64,000 nucleotides of DNA from Macrostomum hystrix (taxonomy: Eukaryota > Animalia > Platyhelminthes). The stretch covers positions 2,232,001-2,296,000 of the forward strand of contig CATNEN010000039.1 of NCBI GenBank assembly GCA_950097015.1. Reading direction: 5' to 3'. Within the stretch, counting starts at the first letter, position 1; every line of letters begins with the position of its first letter. Under the pieces are notes generated by a model. It saw only the letters and a list, made by a program, of their open reading frames with translations. It was not told the DNA's origin and did no database searches. Made by a program: the position numbers and the translations under genes. Below are positions 50,921 through 62,718 of the stretch, in pieces.

Positions 50921-52041
50921 CAGTGTTGGGCATCGTTAACTTTTTTTCAACGGATTAAACATCGATCCGTTAAAGTTAAAATTTCAGAAAAAGTTAACGT
51001 TTCAGCGTTAAAAAGCGTTAATTTAAAAGCGTTAAAAATAAAATTAATAAAGGGCACCAGAAACCAACACGGCAACACATGATTTCCAAAGTAGTTTTCA
51101 TGAGACACCATTTTCAAGTGGTGTTTCCAGAGTCAGCTGATGCATTAACAGTGTGACCACTGACCACCGGGAAAAATATCAAAAGTAGCGCAGCAGTGAA
51201 TAAAAAGCACAGACAATGTTCTAATGTTGAATAAAAATGTAAGACTTAGAAATCTGAAGGGAATTTAAGAGTTCGTCAGCAGGAAGCGAAAGCTAAAAAT
51301 AGCATAATAGGCAAAAGCGGCGGAAACTACTAAACCACACCACACTACCAGGCAGTGCAGGCACTTAGCTTGTCACAATCACAACCGCACTACCAGTCTA
51401 CCACTATACTAAGGTATACACTGATAGAACGACTCTAATATTGTAGAGACTTTTAACCAGTCAGCAGATTCATTGGAGAACTCGAAACAAATTCAGAGTA
51501 TATTGCACACCTCATCTATCTCAACTTCTGTAACTTTATTCTTTCCGTAAGAGAAACCAACATCATGCGTAGCAGCGGTTTCTGTTTGAAATTTTGATTA
51601 GCGCAATATGCGTTTAAAATTATTAACAAATAATGCATACTCAGCATTGTTAATCAGTTAATCAATACTAGTCACAGCCAAACTGAAACTGTGCCAAACT
51701 ATTAATCAATAATAATAATAACCAGTGGGCATTGGCACTATCCAACTCAGCGAAACCACGTCACGTGAATTGGTCACTTGGGCCAACTTCGATCTAGACC
51801 GATTCTCTGAAATTTTTGCGAAAAAATTTTGAGTTCAAGTCTTTTCATTTGACGCGAATTTTGTGCAAAATTCGTAATTAACGGAAGTTAACTGCCGTTA
51901 AATCGTCAAAAAAGTAACGGAAAATCATGAATCCGTTAAGAGAAAAAAAATTAACTGAGATCCGTTAAAGTTAAAAAACGTTAGCAGACTTTAACGGACT
52001 TTAACGGTTAACGGACATTAACGGACTTGTGCCCAACACTG
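50921..52041. mobile_element. hAT-like non-autonomous element, 8-bp TSD CAAAATGC
   Basis: TIR CAGTGTTGGGCA / TGCCCAACACTG. TSD at 50913-50920 and 52042-52049. Subterminal CGTTAA/TTAACGG repeats. Confidence 0.9.
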
Positions 52042-54352
52042 CAAAATGCCTAAGCCGTTAAGTTTGGTGTGGCCACGTACCAAGGACAAGCAAGGACAGC
52101 AAAGTGCTATTTTGTCCGCACTATTTTCTCATTCGTTAAAAAAACTAAGAATCTGAAATTCTGATTTTGTATAACTGAAATTGAGAAGCTAGACGAAACA
52201 TGATAAGTCGTTTACAAAAAAGCATGAAAAAAATATGCAGTAAAAGCGGCAGAAAAAAGTGGAATGCAATCTGTGCATAAAGTAAAAACAGTTTAAAGTT
52301 TTGAAATATTTCGTTAATTCTTAAGCATAATATTTTATTTACGATAAACATGCATTCTGAGTTTTTGAGCTTTGTAAGCGAAAAAGCTAAATATTTGTTT
52401 TGTTAAAGCAAATTGAGCCCGACAATATATTCAGCGGAACTTTAAATTTGATAACAGGTTAGTATTTTTATAGTCAACCGATTTAAGGCGAGCGAATTAG
52501 CGTCTTATAGTTGATTACATTAAAAAATTGACCTAAAAGGATGCAACTTGAATTTGTTTTAAAAAGCTATATCTATTTCCTTTGCTAAAGAATCAGCAAG
52601 TAGGTGTTTCATTTTAAACGTCGTTTTATTGTACGTCACTATGCTCGCCAAGTTCAAGTTTAGCTTAAGCAGCGCGATTAACCTTTAGGCTTTAGCTATT
52701 ATAAAAGCATGAATTGATAAAAGGCATAAATAATATATTAAGGATCGAACATATATTATTATTGCTTTGGTTGCTATAATGTAAAAAGTAAAAAATGTAA
52801 AAAAAATTTCCCAATATGAGATCTAATGCTTTTTGCTATTCAAATTCATCCCATAGCCTCTTTCCACTTATTATTTTATTATGACCAAAAAGTTTAAATT
52901 CAGATTTAAAAACCACTTTTTAAATACCATCAGTTAATGCCAATGTAATTTTTAACTCTATTGCATGCTACTTGCTTATTCTGGTTAAATGGCATTTTAT
53001 AGTTGCAAGTTTTTTAGGAATTTAGCTGCCTATTTCTAGTTACATTTTTTACTAGGTCTAAATGTATTTTGGTCATTGCATTTGTTCTGAAGTACATATT
53101 AAATGGTGCTATCTAGGTATAACAGTTTCTTCTATATTTTTGACAAGACATTTATCTTTCTGTCTTTTTCTAGCACTAGCTATTTCTTTACTACATAGTT
53201 TTTGTTTGAAATGTAAAAAAACACTTTTTTCTAAGCACAATTTAAAATATTATAAGTTAATATATCTGCCAAAAACTTTAACTTTAAATCACAATTCCTT
53301 TTTGTGTGATGTCCAATTGTAAGTATTTTCAAATGCATATTCTAAAAGCATACATTTTCTAGAAGGTTATCTATAAAATTCTAGAATATTGAATTTTATA
53401 AGAAATGGTTTCGGTTAAGTAAAGTGAATTGATTTTTTGTCCTAGTGCTTCTCTCTTTAATTATCGCTCTAAGGATATGATGTCACCAAAGCTGTCCTAG
53501 GGTTAAATTTATTTTAACTTTATATTTACAATGCCACTAAAGTTGTTCTAGTGCTAGTTTTTAATATCCCGCTTCGGACACAAAATTTGTTACAGAGGTA
53601 TTTTAATAGTGTCTAAGTAGTTTCAATATCAATGTCTCCAAAGTTGTTGTAGGGCTTTCTTAGAATTTGTCTCTGAGAGTTTAAAATAAATTCTGGGTAG
53701 AGTATATATTCAGTCTGATATCATATTTTAGTTATTCTGCAGTAGCATATTTAGTTATTCTTGTCAATTATTTTATCGCATGTATGTATTTTTGAGTATA
53801 GGCTTTCCGAAGAGTGCTACCAATGTTCTCAAGTGCACAGCAATGCTTTCTATTTCTCTCTCTCTCTCTCTTGAATTATTTTAGCATTCATCTCTGTTTG
53901 TTTGTAAGGAATGAAAAAACACTTTTGAGTATTGTATTCAAACTTGGTATGCAACCACAAGTAATGCTTCCTTTTTTCTGCTCATGTATTTATACAAACA
54001 TTTACAGATTAAAACAAAATAATATCCATGTATTCAAACAAAAATGTTATGCAGTAAAAATAATTGTTTGTATTTAAACAAATGTTGTAAGAAAAAACAA
54101 AAATCGTAAATGGTGAATTTCTAAGAAATTTAACTTCTACATCATGATGTAGAGATCGTCTACATCATTTTATTGAGCATTATTTCCATGATTTATAGCC
54201 ATCCTAACCTAAAGGTCAATGTTTTATTAACCTTCAAAGTATTCTAATGACCTTTTCCTTAGTCTCCTGTTTCGTATAATTTAACCACGTAATAAAACCA
54301 CATGGTATGTGTATTAAAATATAGATCCTAGCTTGGATCTTATATATATATA

Positions 54353-55340
54353 TATGTATCCCCCACTTGCCCGCCAACATTGTCTATGTCGTAACACGTT
54401 TCGTTTATTTGCCCTAGGGCAATAAATCATTTATTTCCCGCGCCCCCGCGCGAAACAGAACTTTTACCACAGAAATAAGTCACACCCGTCTGGGGAAATA
54501 AACAAAGAAAGTGCAAAACGAGAACGCTCGGAACCAAACACACCCTCCGTCCAGCAGTCATCTTCGATGGGCTTTGACACCGGGTCAGACTTCTTGAGCC
54601 CGACGCCCTTGCCCTCAGCAGTTGATAGCTTCATAGCAGCGTCCAACGCTCTTCTGCACTCGGCAAACTCGACATTCGTCCAGAGGCACCAGTCCTTGCG
54701 ATGCACGTTGCGCATTTGGTATTGTAGCATTGAGAAGAAGTCCTTCAGGGTACCAGCCGAGTACCGTTCGTTCCGTTTTGTCCGGACCTCCAGGATAAAC
54801 AACTTCAGGAGAAAGTTCAGGTCCGTCTTGTCAAACTCATCCATGTCCTTGATAACCATGATGGATGGTCCACCATTCGTCGCCCATTCTTGCTTCTTAA
54901 ACGCGTGCCATTCATTGAAAGTAGACAGCATCCACTCGCATTTCTTTACGGTGTTCGGAGGGACCGTGCCGCCAATCATGGCCTCCGCCTCGGCCTCAGT
55001 CAAGCTTTCAAATCGAGGGCTAGACATATACAAGCGTCTGCTATTCTGTCCTGTTCTGTCTTTTTCGCATAAAGGCTGTCTTTTTTAGCGTCTACCCTCC
55101 TCTCGGATTTTGATTTTCACCATAGACTACAGACAGAGCGTAGCAAGAAACAGAAGACTTAAAGTGCAATGAAAGTCGGCAGCCAAGTGGGGGATACATA
55201 CCATCTCTCCCACTTATTTCGGCTGTCTAGGGTGCAAAGGCACTCGGCGCGAATTTCATTGACCTCGGCTTCGCCTCGGTCAATAAATTTGCGCCTCGAG
55301 CCTTTACACCCTGGCAGCCGAAATAAGTGGGAAAGATTAT
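54353..55340 (-). mobile_element. Internally deleted Crypton-type (tyrosine recombinase, DUF3504-related) element
   Basis: ORF 55033-54464 (VPPNTVKKCEW...FNEW...LNFLLKLFILEVRTKRNERYSAGTL...EFAECRRALDAAMKLSTAEGKG...IEDDCW..GVFG) resembles the region preceding DUF3504 in CryptonA/ZMYM/QRICH1/KCTD1. It is flanked by an inverted repeat (54353-54378 / 55175-55200) and a ~135-bp palindrome (55203-55337). Boundaries are approximate. Confidence 0.75.
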
Positions 55341-55812
55341 ACATATATTAGATATACTAGACACTGTAGGCTCACATTTACACAGGTAAACAATGTATCT
55401 TTGCCATGGAATCGATCTCAGGAACCTTGGTGGGAAATTCAGAGTTATAAACCAATATTATTAGGTATTTACCATAGAGTATTGTGAAACCGTTGTGAGG
55501 CACGCACATCTCTCCAGCGCTAGCGTTCGTGATTGTACATCTTGCGAGTGTACTGGTACGCCACCCCATAGGGGTGGGTAGTTTTTAGGCCTATCGATCG
55601 CATTCTTCGCATCTATTTAATATGAGCATCGCATTGTGAGTGACAAAATATACTTCGTGTCGGAAGCTAAGTCGCGTCTCTTACAGTGTTGTTATTATGA
55701 TTATTGAAATGATATTGCGTGAGTAGTTCCGAGTAGTATTAAACAACCAAATGTCATTTCAGCCGTTTGCCAGCCACCACTAGTGGCTGTGAGGCTTGCA
55801 CTCGAATACAGC

Positions 55813-58800
55813 ATGGAGCCAGGCGGTCAGCCGCCCACGCAGTCGGCCATGGACCGCGTTCTGCTTGAAGTCCAACTGCAGCGCTCCAAAGAGCTTGAAC
55901 GGCAGCCGTGGCCCGGCGGTCAGAGCTACAGCATGCAGTCTGACACTGAACTGCCATTTCAGCCCGGCTTTGTTAGCCAGCTGTTGGGCCGTTTCGATCA
56001 GGCGCAGCGGAGTTCTGCCGCTGCTAAAACTGCCAGACTGGGCAACTCGGCTGCATCTGAGACTGCGCCAAAAACTCCTGCAGCGATGCCAACATCGCCG
56101 CCGAGTCAAGCCACGCCTGCGCTCCCGCCTCAGCCTGCTGACGAAGCAGCCGCTAAAATTCCTGACCAGACGGTGGAGAGTTTAGTTTCCATACCCAGCG
56201 ATGTGTCGCTGCCGATTAAGAACATTGTGCAAAATGTCAGGTCTATTTTTGAAGCGAATCCGCGCCCGCATCGGCCCAACTCTAGCGGCGATGGCCAGTT
56301 AAATAGGAACGATATAAAAATTATGAAACGCAACGAAGCTGCTGCCATTCGAACAGTCAAGTCTGACTCGCCGTCCATTCTGCAAAGAGCTAAGGCCAAC
56401 TATACCCAGTCTAAGTCGCAAGCTCACGGCAGTCCAGATCGATGCACAGATTTTCCTTGGCATTCAAAACCGACCAGTAACGGCAATTCTGCTCTGGATA
56501 AAATTAATTTGTGCCGACGCACTTTTTCAGCTAGCCAGGACAGCAACGACGGGGCCGGCGACACGGGAAATCTGAAAAATGCAATTACCAATGCTAGTCC
56601 GAATGTATCGAAGAATTTTATTCGCCCTTCAGTGGATTATGTTCCTCAAGCTAGTCCGCCTAGAGACCCGATGAGACAGTCAGGTCCTGTACGTCAGATC
56701 AGTCCCGATCGGCCTAAAGACCCGATGAGACAGTCAGGTCCTATACGTCAGATCAGACCCGATCGGCCTAAAGACCCGATGAGACAGTCAGGTCCTATAC
56801 GTCAGATCAGTCCCGATCGGCCTAAAGACCCGATGAGACAGTCAGGTCCTTTTCGCCTGGTCAATGTCGACGTCAGCAATCAGGATACTAGCCGAGCCGT
56901 GACTGCCGTGGGAAAGGCTAGCCCAGATCGATCGAACGGCCAAGCAAGACAGACACTGCCCTCCAGTTCCAGCACAGCTATTAGTGAGTCCAGGAACTCG
57001 TCCAGATTGTCTGCCGGCTCTGCAATCCAGACCTTGTCCAGAAATTCTGGCATCCCTGGCTCGAAGTTTTCCCCGAGAATCGTATCCAATCAGTCTGGCG
57101 CTCCACCGAGGACCATCGAGTCTAGCATTCAGCCCAGTGCCGATGCCGACCGGTCCAAGAACTCCGCAGTCAAGCAGTCAGTTCAACTCGGACGCACTAC
57201 GGTTTCAACGAATAATAATTCCGCTGCACCTGAAAGTCTCAGACAATCGACTAGACCTTCGACGCTTGGGTTGACGAGTGTAGTCAGTTCTGAGAGGCCC
57301 AGAAATAGGCCGCAGCCTTCTGACCAGGCCAAGGCCTCAGCCAAGCAGAGACCTGTTCGCCAATCAAATGCGCATTCAGCTTCAGGCCGTCAGCTGGCGT
57401 CTAACTCCGGCCTCGACCGCGGCGGCGGCAATGGTCAATTCAGGACTTGGACATCGATTGCTTTGGAAAGACAGTCAGCCGCAGCGGCCACAGCCCCCAG
57501 CACAGCGGGCGTCAAGAGGCACATCAGCGCAGCCGAGAAAAATGAGGAGCGGCCAGTGAAGGCCTCCGATGCTCACAATATCAGGGTCGGGCCTCGTCGT
57601 GTGCCGCTCAGCTCGACCGATTTGACTGACATTCGCAAAGCGGGAAAGTCTTGGTACTTCTTCTCATCGGCGTCGACTACCGGAGTGCCAGTTGACATTC
57701 CGGACGGTGTAACAGGGGTGCCAGTCGGCCAGGCTGTCAGGTTGCAGCCCAGCGTGGAGCATCGACTGTTCTCGCTGAGTGGCAACGGTGCTGACCGCGA
57801 CGCCACCGATCCGTCTGGGCAGCCTGGCTGGCTAGCCCAGAGCACTGTATGGGATCACATTAGAAGCACCGAGGCGCACGGTGGATTTGACAGTCGGCCA
57901 GATCCGCAGCTGGCCGAAGAGGCCCAACGCCTATTGGCCGAAGCGAAGGCTGAAGCGCCGCTTGAATCAACCAAAGCCTCTGGCGTTGAAGTTCGAAGAA
58001 AGAAGGTAAGTAGGGCTTTCGATCAGCTGAGTGGGGAAAATGAGTTGGATTTTGTAAGGATTTTGTGTAAAATCACAAGAGCCATTGCTAGAATCTCAGC
58101 AGGAGCCATTGCTAGAATCTCAGCAGGAGCCATTGCTAGAATCTCAGCAGGAGCCATTGCTAGAATCTCAGCAGGAGCCATTGCTAGAATCTCAGCAGGA
58201 GCCATTGCTAGAATCTCAGCAGGAGCCATTGCTAGAATCTCAGCAGGAGCCATTGCTAGAATCTCAGCAGGAGCCATTGCTAGAATCTCAGCAGGAGCCA
58301 TTGCTAGAATCTCAGCAGGAGCCATTGCTAGAATCTCAGCAGGAGCCATTGCTAGAATCTCAGCAGGAGCCATTGCTAGAATCTCAGCAGGAGCCACTGC
58401 TAGAATCTCAGCAGGAGCCATTGCTAGAATCTCAGCAGGAGCCATTGCTAGAATCTCAGCAGGAGCCATTGCTAGAATCTCAGCAGGAGCCATTGCTAGA
58501 ATCTCAGCAGGAGCCATTGCTAGAATCTCAGCAGGAGCCATTGCTAGAATCTCAGCAGGAGCCATTGCTAGAATCTCAGCAGGAGCCATTGCTAGAATCT
58601 CAGCAGGAGCCATTGCTAGAATCTCAGCAGGAGCCATTGCTAGAATCTCAGCAGGAGCCATTGCTAGAATCGCAGCAGGAGCCATGGCTAAGAATCGCAG
58701 CAGGAGCCATGGCTAAGAATCGCAGCAGGAGCCATTGCTAAGAATCGCAGCAGGAGCCATTGCTAAGAATCGCAGCAGGAGCCATGGCTAAGAATCGCAG

Positions 58801-60446
58801 CAGGAGCCATGGCTAAGAATCGCAGCAGGAGCCATTGCTAAGAATCGCAGCAGGAGCCATTGCTAACAATCGCAGCAGGAGCCATTGCTAGAATCTCAGC
58901 AGGAGCCATTGCTAGAATCTCAGCAGGAGCGATTGCTAGAATCTCAGCAGGAGCCATGGCTAAGAATCGCAGCAGGAGCCATTGCTAAGAATCGCAGCAG
59001 GAGCCATTGCTAAGAATCGCAGCAGGAGCCATTGCTAAGAATCGCAGCAGAAGCCATTGCTAAGAATCGCAGCAGAAGCCATTGCTAAGAATCGCAGCAG
59101 AAGCCATTGCTAAGAATCGCGGCAGAAGCCATTGCTAAGAATCGCAGCAGAAGCCATTGCTAAGAATCGCGGCAGAAGCCATTGCTAAGAATCGCAGCAG
59201 GAGCCATTGCTAAGAATCGCAGCAGAAGCCATTGCTAAGAATCGCAGCAGGAACTGCAGCTAGACTATAATCAAAGTACAAGTATTATAAAAAGAATCAC
59301 AGCAGAAGTTGTTGTCATGATCGCTCATAGTTAGATCTGTCTGAATGGAGCCATAAATTATATCCACTAATTAGACTATTTTATTCGCATTGTTTGCAGT
59401 TGGCGTTTGCCAGCGAAGCCTCTCTAGAACAGACTTTTGTGTACGAGAGCGACCTGAGCATTCTGGAGCAGCAACCAGGGCTGGAATCTGTGCGCAAAGA
59501 CAGCGATAACGACGTAAAAGATGAGAGTGCAAGCGCAGACTTGCCTGTAAACAGTGACCGTCGCTTAGCAACCGACAGTGAGTGTTATAACTTCATCGTC
59601 TCAGACTAATCTCCTATATGTCTCACCTCTATCTCATCATCGTCTCACCCTAATCTCACCCTTCTCACCCTAATCTCACTCTTCTCACCCTAACCTCATC
59701 ATCGTCTCACCCTAATCTCACCATCGCAGCAGAAGTCATTGCTAAGAATCGCAGATGCTTCATATTCTCATCATATTCATTCTCATTCTATTCTCATCGC
59801 AGGTTCAGCGATGTCCATAATCTCATCCTCGTCTCACCCTTATCTCATCATCGTCTCACCCTAATCTCATCATCGTCTCACCCTAATCTCATCATCGTCT
59901 CACCCTAATCTCATCATCGTCTCACCCTAATCTCATCATCGTCTCACCCTAATCTCATCATCGTCTGACCCTAATCTCATCATCGTCTCACCCTAACGTC
60001 ATCATCGTCTCACCCTAATCTCATCATCGTCTCACCCTAATCTCATCATCGCTTACCCAAATCTCATCATCGTCTCACCCTAATCTCATTATCGTCTCAC
60101 CCTAACGTCATCATCGTCTCATCCTGATCTCATCACCGTCTCACCCTAATCTCATCATCGTCTCACCCTAATCTCGTCTCATCGTCTCATCATAATCTCA
60201 TCATTATCCCACTATAATCTCACCCTAATTAGCTGTGCTTAAAATCTGCTTCTAGGCTCCCAGCATCAGCAGTCGATGCAGACTCACCTGCCCAGCTCAT
60301 CATCCGATGACTTCGTCTGGGGTGCCGCCGGCCCCGCCGCCCCAGCCGCTGTGCTAGCTTCGGCTGAGGAAAACGCGAAATCGCCGCTTATCTCTGATCC
60401 GTCAGAATCTTGGTCCGCTGCTAATTCCACCGATTTGTTGTTCTAA
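55813..60446 (+). CDS. Low-complexity protein, probable taperin/phostensin-like PP1-binding protein (exons 55813-58005, 59400-59577, 60256-60446; ~853 aa)
   Basis: Long ORF with acceptor TTTCAG at 55762 and donor AAG|GTAAGT at 58005; phases are consistent. The spliced junction reads RRKKLAFASEASLEQTFVYES, resembling the phostensin/taperin KISF...LETTYQYPSE motif. N-terminal PGFVSQLLGRFD and C-terminal ...TDLLF*. The family assignment is from recalled similarity only. Confidence 0.6.
58078..59255. repeat. 24/25-bp minisatellite in intron 1 of the taperin-like gene
   Basis: GCCATTGCTAGAATCTCAGCAGGA grading into GCCATTGCTAAGAATCGCAGCAGAA. Confidence 0.97.
59620..60230. repeat. 22-bp minisatellite in intron 2 of the taperin-like gene
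   Basis: TCTCACCCTAATCTCATCATCG units. Confidence 0.93.
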
Positions 60447-60722
60447 GTTGATCATTTTCAGATTGCAAAATATCCGTAATGAAAAGCAATAAGAAGCTGT
60501 GTACATTTCTAGCTATTATTGTTTTCTCACCGTCACGGCTAGCTGCTCACCTCTAAAAAAATGTACTTTTATTTAGTAACACTTACTTTTCGCCAATTCC
60601 AACGACTTCATTTCCATGTTTAGTCTGCGTTTTTCGCCACTTTTTTACCTGTCATATTTCTGTTGCCGTGCATCTGATTTTGTCGTTTACATATATTTGC
60701 ACTTGCGCCAGCATTATAGTGT

Positions 60723-61084
60723 ACCAGCTGACACCCTGAGAGACTGGGGTTGGGAACCAGCTGACACCCTGAGAGACTGGGGTTGGGAACCAGCTGACAC
60801 CCTGAGAGACTGGGGTTGGGAACCAGCTGACACCCTGAGAGACTGGGGTTGGGAACCAGCTGACACCCTGAGAGACGGGTTGGGAACCAGCTGACACCCT
60901 GAGAGACTGGGGTTGGGAACCAGCTGACACCCTGAGAGACTGGGGTTGGGAACCAGCTGACACCCTGAGAGACTGGGGTTGGGAACCAGCTGACACCCTG
61001 AGAGACTGGGGTTGGGAACCAGCTGACACCCTGAGAGACTGGGGTTGGGAACCAGCTGACACCCTGAGAGACTGGGGTTGGGAA
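60723..61084. repeat. 33-bp minisatellite
   Basis: CCAGCTGACACCCTGAGAGACTGGGGTTGGGAA x11. Confidence 0.97.
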
Positions 61085-62004
61085 TCAACTTAGAGAATTT
61101 GGGAGTAAGCGGGTGGCTTCTCACATGAATAATATGATTTGTGCAAGCATGATGCATAAATTATCCTGTCTTCTTATCTCCAGTTTATTAATTAGCACAT
61201 TTTTCTATGCTTAACTATCATGAAGCTCGAGCTGTCTTCCTTGAACCTGTCACTCAACTAAACTCTACTCACGCTTCCCAGTCACGGAATTTTCACTCGT
61301 TTTTTCGAAAGTATTTTGGCTCTTTGTTATTCGAAGTTGATGGATCCATTTACACTTTTTACAGTTCATTTTTTGCCTAAAAATTGTACCAAAGTTAAGA
61401 GCTGTCCTTCATGGGCTGTGATTTTCCGATATTTTTTTTGTTTTTTGTCTTACTTTAAAATGTATTTTTTATAAATGTCGTCTAACCGCTAGTACTTATT
61501 GTGCGTAATGCACTACTTTCCTATCTGCAATATTAGTAGTATATCTAAAGCGCTAAATTAGAATATTTTAAACTCAGCATTCCACGTTCAACTGCTAAAT
61601 TTGATGCGATGTGCTGCTGGTGTTGTCTGAAGCTCCAACCTAGTCTTCTCAAATACTCACCCTAGTCTCACCTTATTCTCACCCTAGTCTTACCCCACTT
61701 CACACTCTAGTCTCAGCCCAATATCACCCGATTCATTATTTTTTGCATCTTAATTCGAAATGCAAAACATTACATGGCCATCTGCCTTCTCTGTGGCTTT
61801 ACTACATTGGACCTGCTTGTAATGTTTTATATTAGGATTTTATGAACACGGTTAAATACATTTTGTTGTTTATGAGATTCTATATTTAACGAAATTTCTG
61901 CTTGAAGGCAGTTGTTGCTACTTAACTAAAACGGCAACGCACTTAGATCTAGTGTCTATTCATATATTGCATTGTTACTTTTTTATTCATATCCCTCACA
62001 CTTA

Positions 62005-62540
62005 CTGTCTGACAGCGTCCACTGTCCTTCAGCCTGTGTGTCTGACAGCGTCCACTGTCCTTCAGCCTGTGTGTCTGACAGCGTCCACTGTCCTTCAGCC
62101 TGTGTGTCTGACAGCGTCCACTGTCCTTCAGCCTGTGTGTCTGACAGCGTCCACTGTCCTTCAGCCTGTGTGTCTGACAGCGTCCACTGTCCTTCAGCCT
62201 GTGTGTCTGACAGCGTCCACTGTCCTTCAGCCTGTGTGTCTGACAGCGTCCACTGTCCTTCAGCCTGTGTGTCTGACAGCGTCCACTGTCCTTCAGCCTG
62301 TGTGTCTGACAGCGTCCACTGTCCTTCAGCCTGTGTGTCTGACAGCATCCACTGTCCTTCAGCCTGTGTGTCTGACAGCATCCACTGTCCTTCAGCCTGT
62401 GTGTCTGACAGCGTCCACTGTCCTTCAGCCTGTGTGTCTAACAGCGTCCACTGTCCTTCAGCCTGTGTGTCTGACAGCGTCCACTGTCCTTCAGCGTGTG
62501 TGTCTGACAGCGTCCACTGTCCTTCAGCGTGTCCTTCAGC
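62005..62540. repeat. 33-bp minisatellite downstream of the membrane-protein gene
   Basis: TGTCTGACAGCGTCCACTGTCCTTCAGCCTGTG, about 16 copies. Confidence 0.97.
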
Positions 62541-62718
62541 CAGCACCTCCTGTTGTTCAGCCAGCACCTCTTGTCCTTCAGCTAGCACAGTTTAAGTTAT
62601 TCAGTAAAGACAAAAATGTATTCTTGTTTTTCAGTTTTTACAATGTACTTTTTTTATTTACATCAATGCCAGATAGCAATTACTGGATATGTAAGAGGCA
62701 CAGGCAGGTCAGGGCGGG

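Noticed and set aside
58006-58741. AIARISAG-repeat tail of the 977-aa ORF
   Set aside because: It lies after a consensus donor (AAG|GTAAGT at 58005) and is intronic minisatellite.
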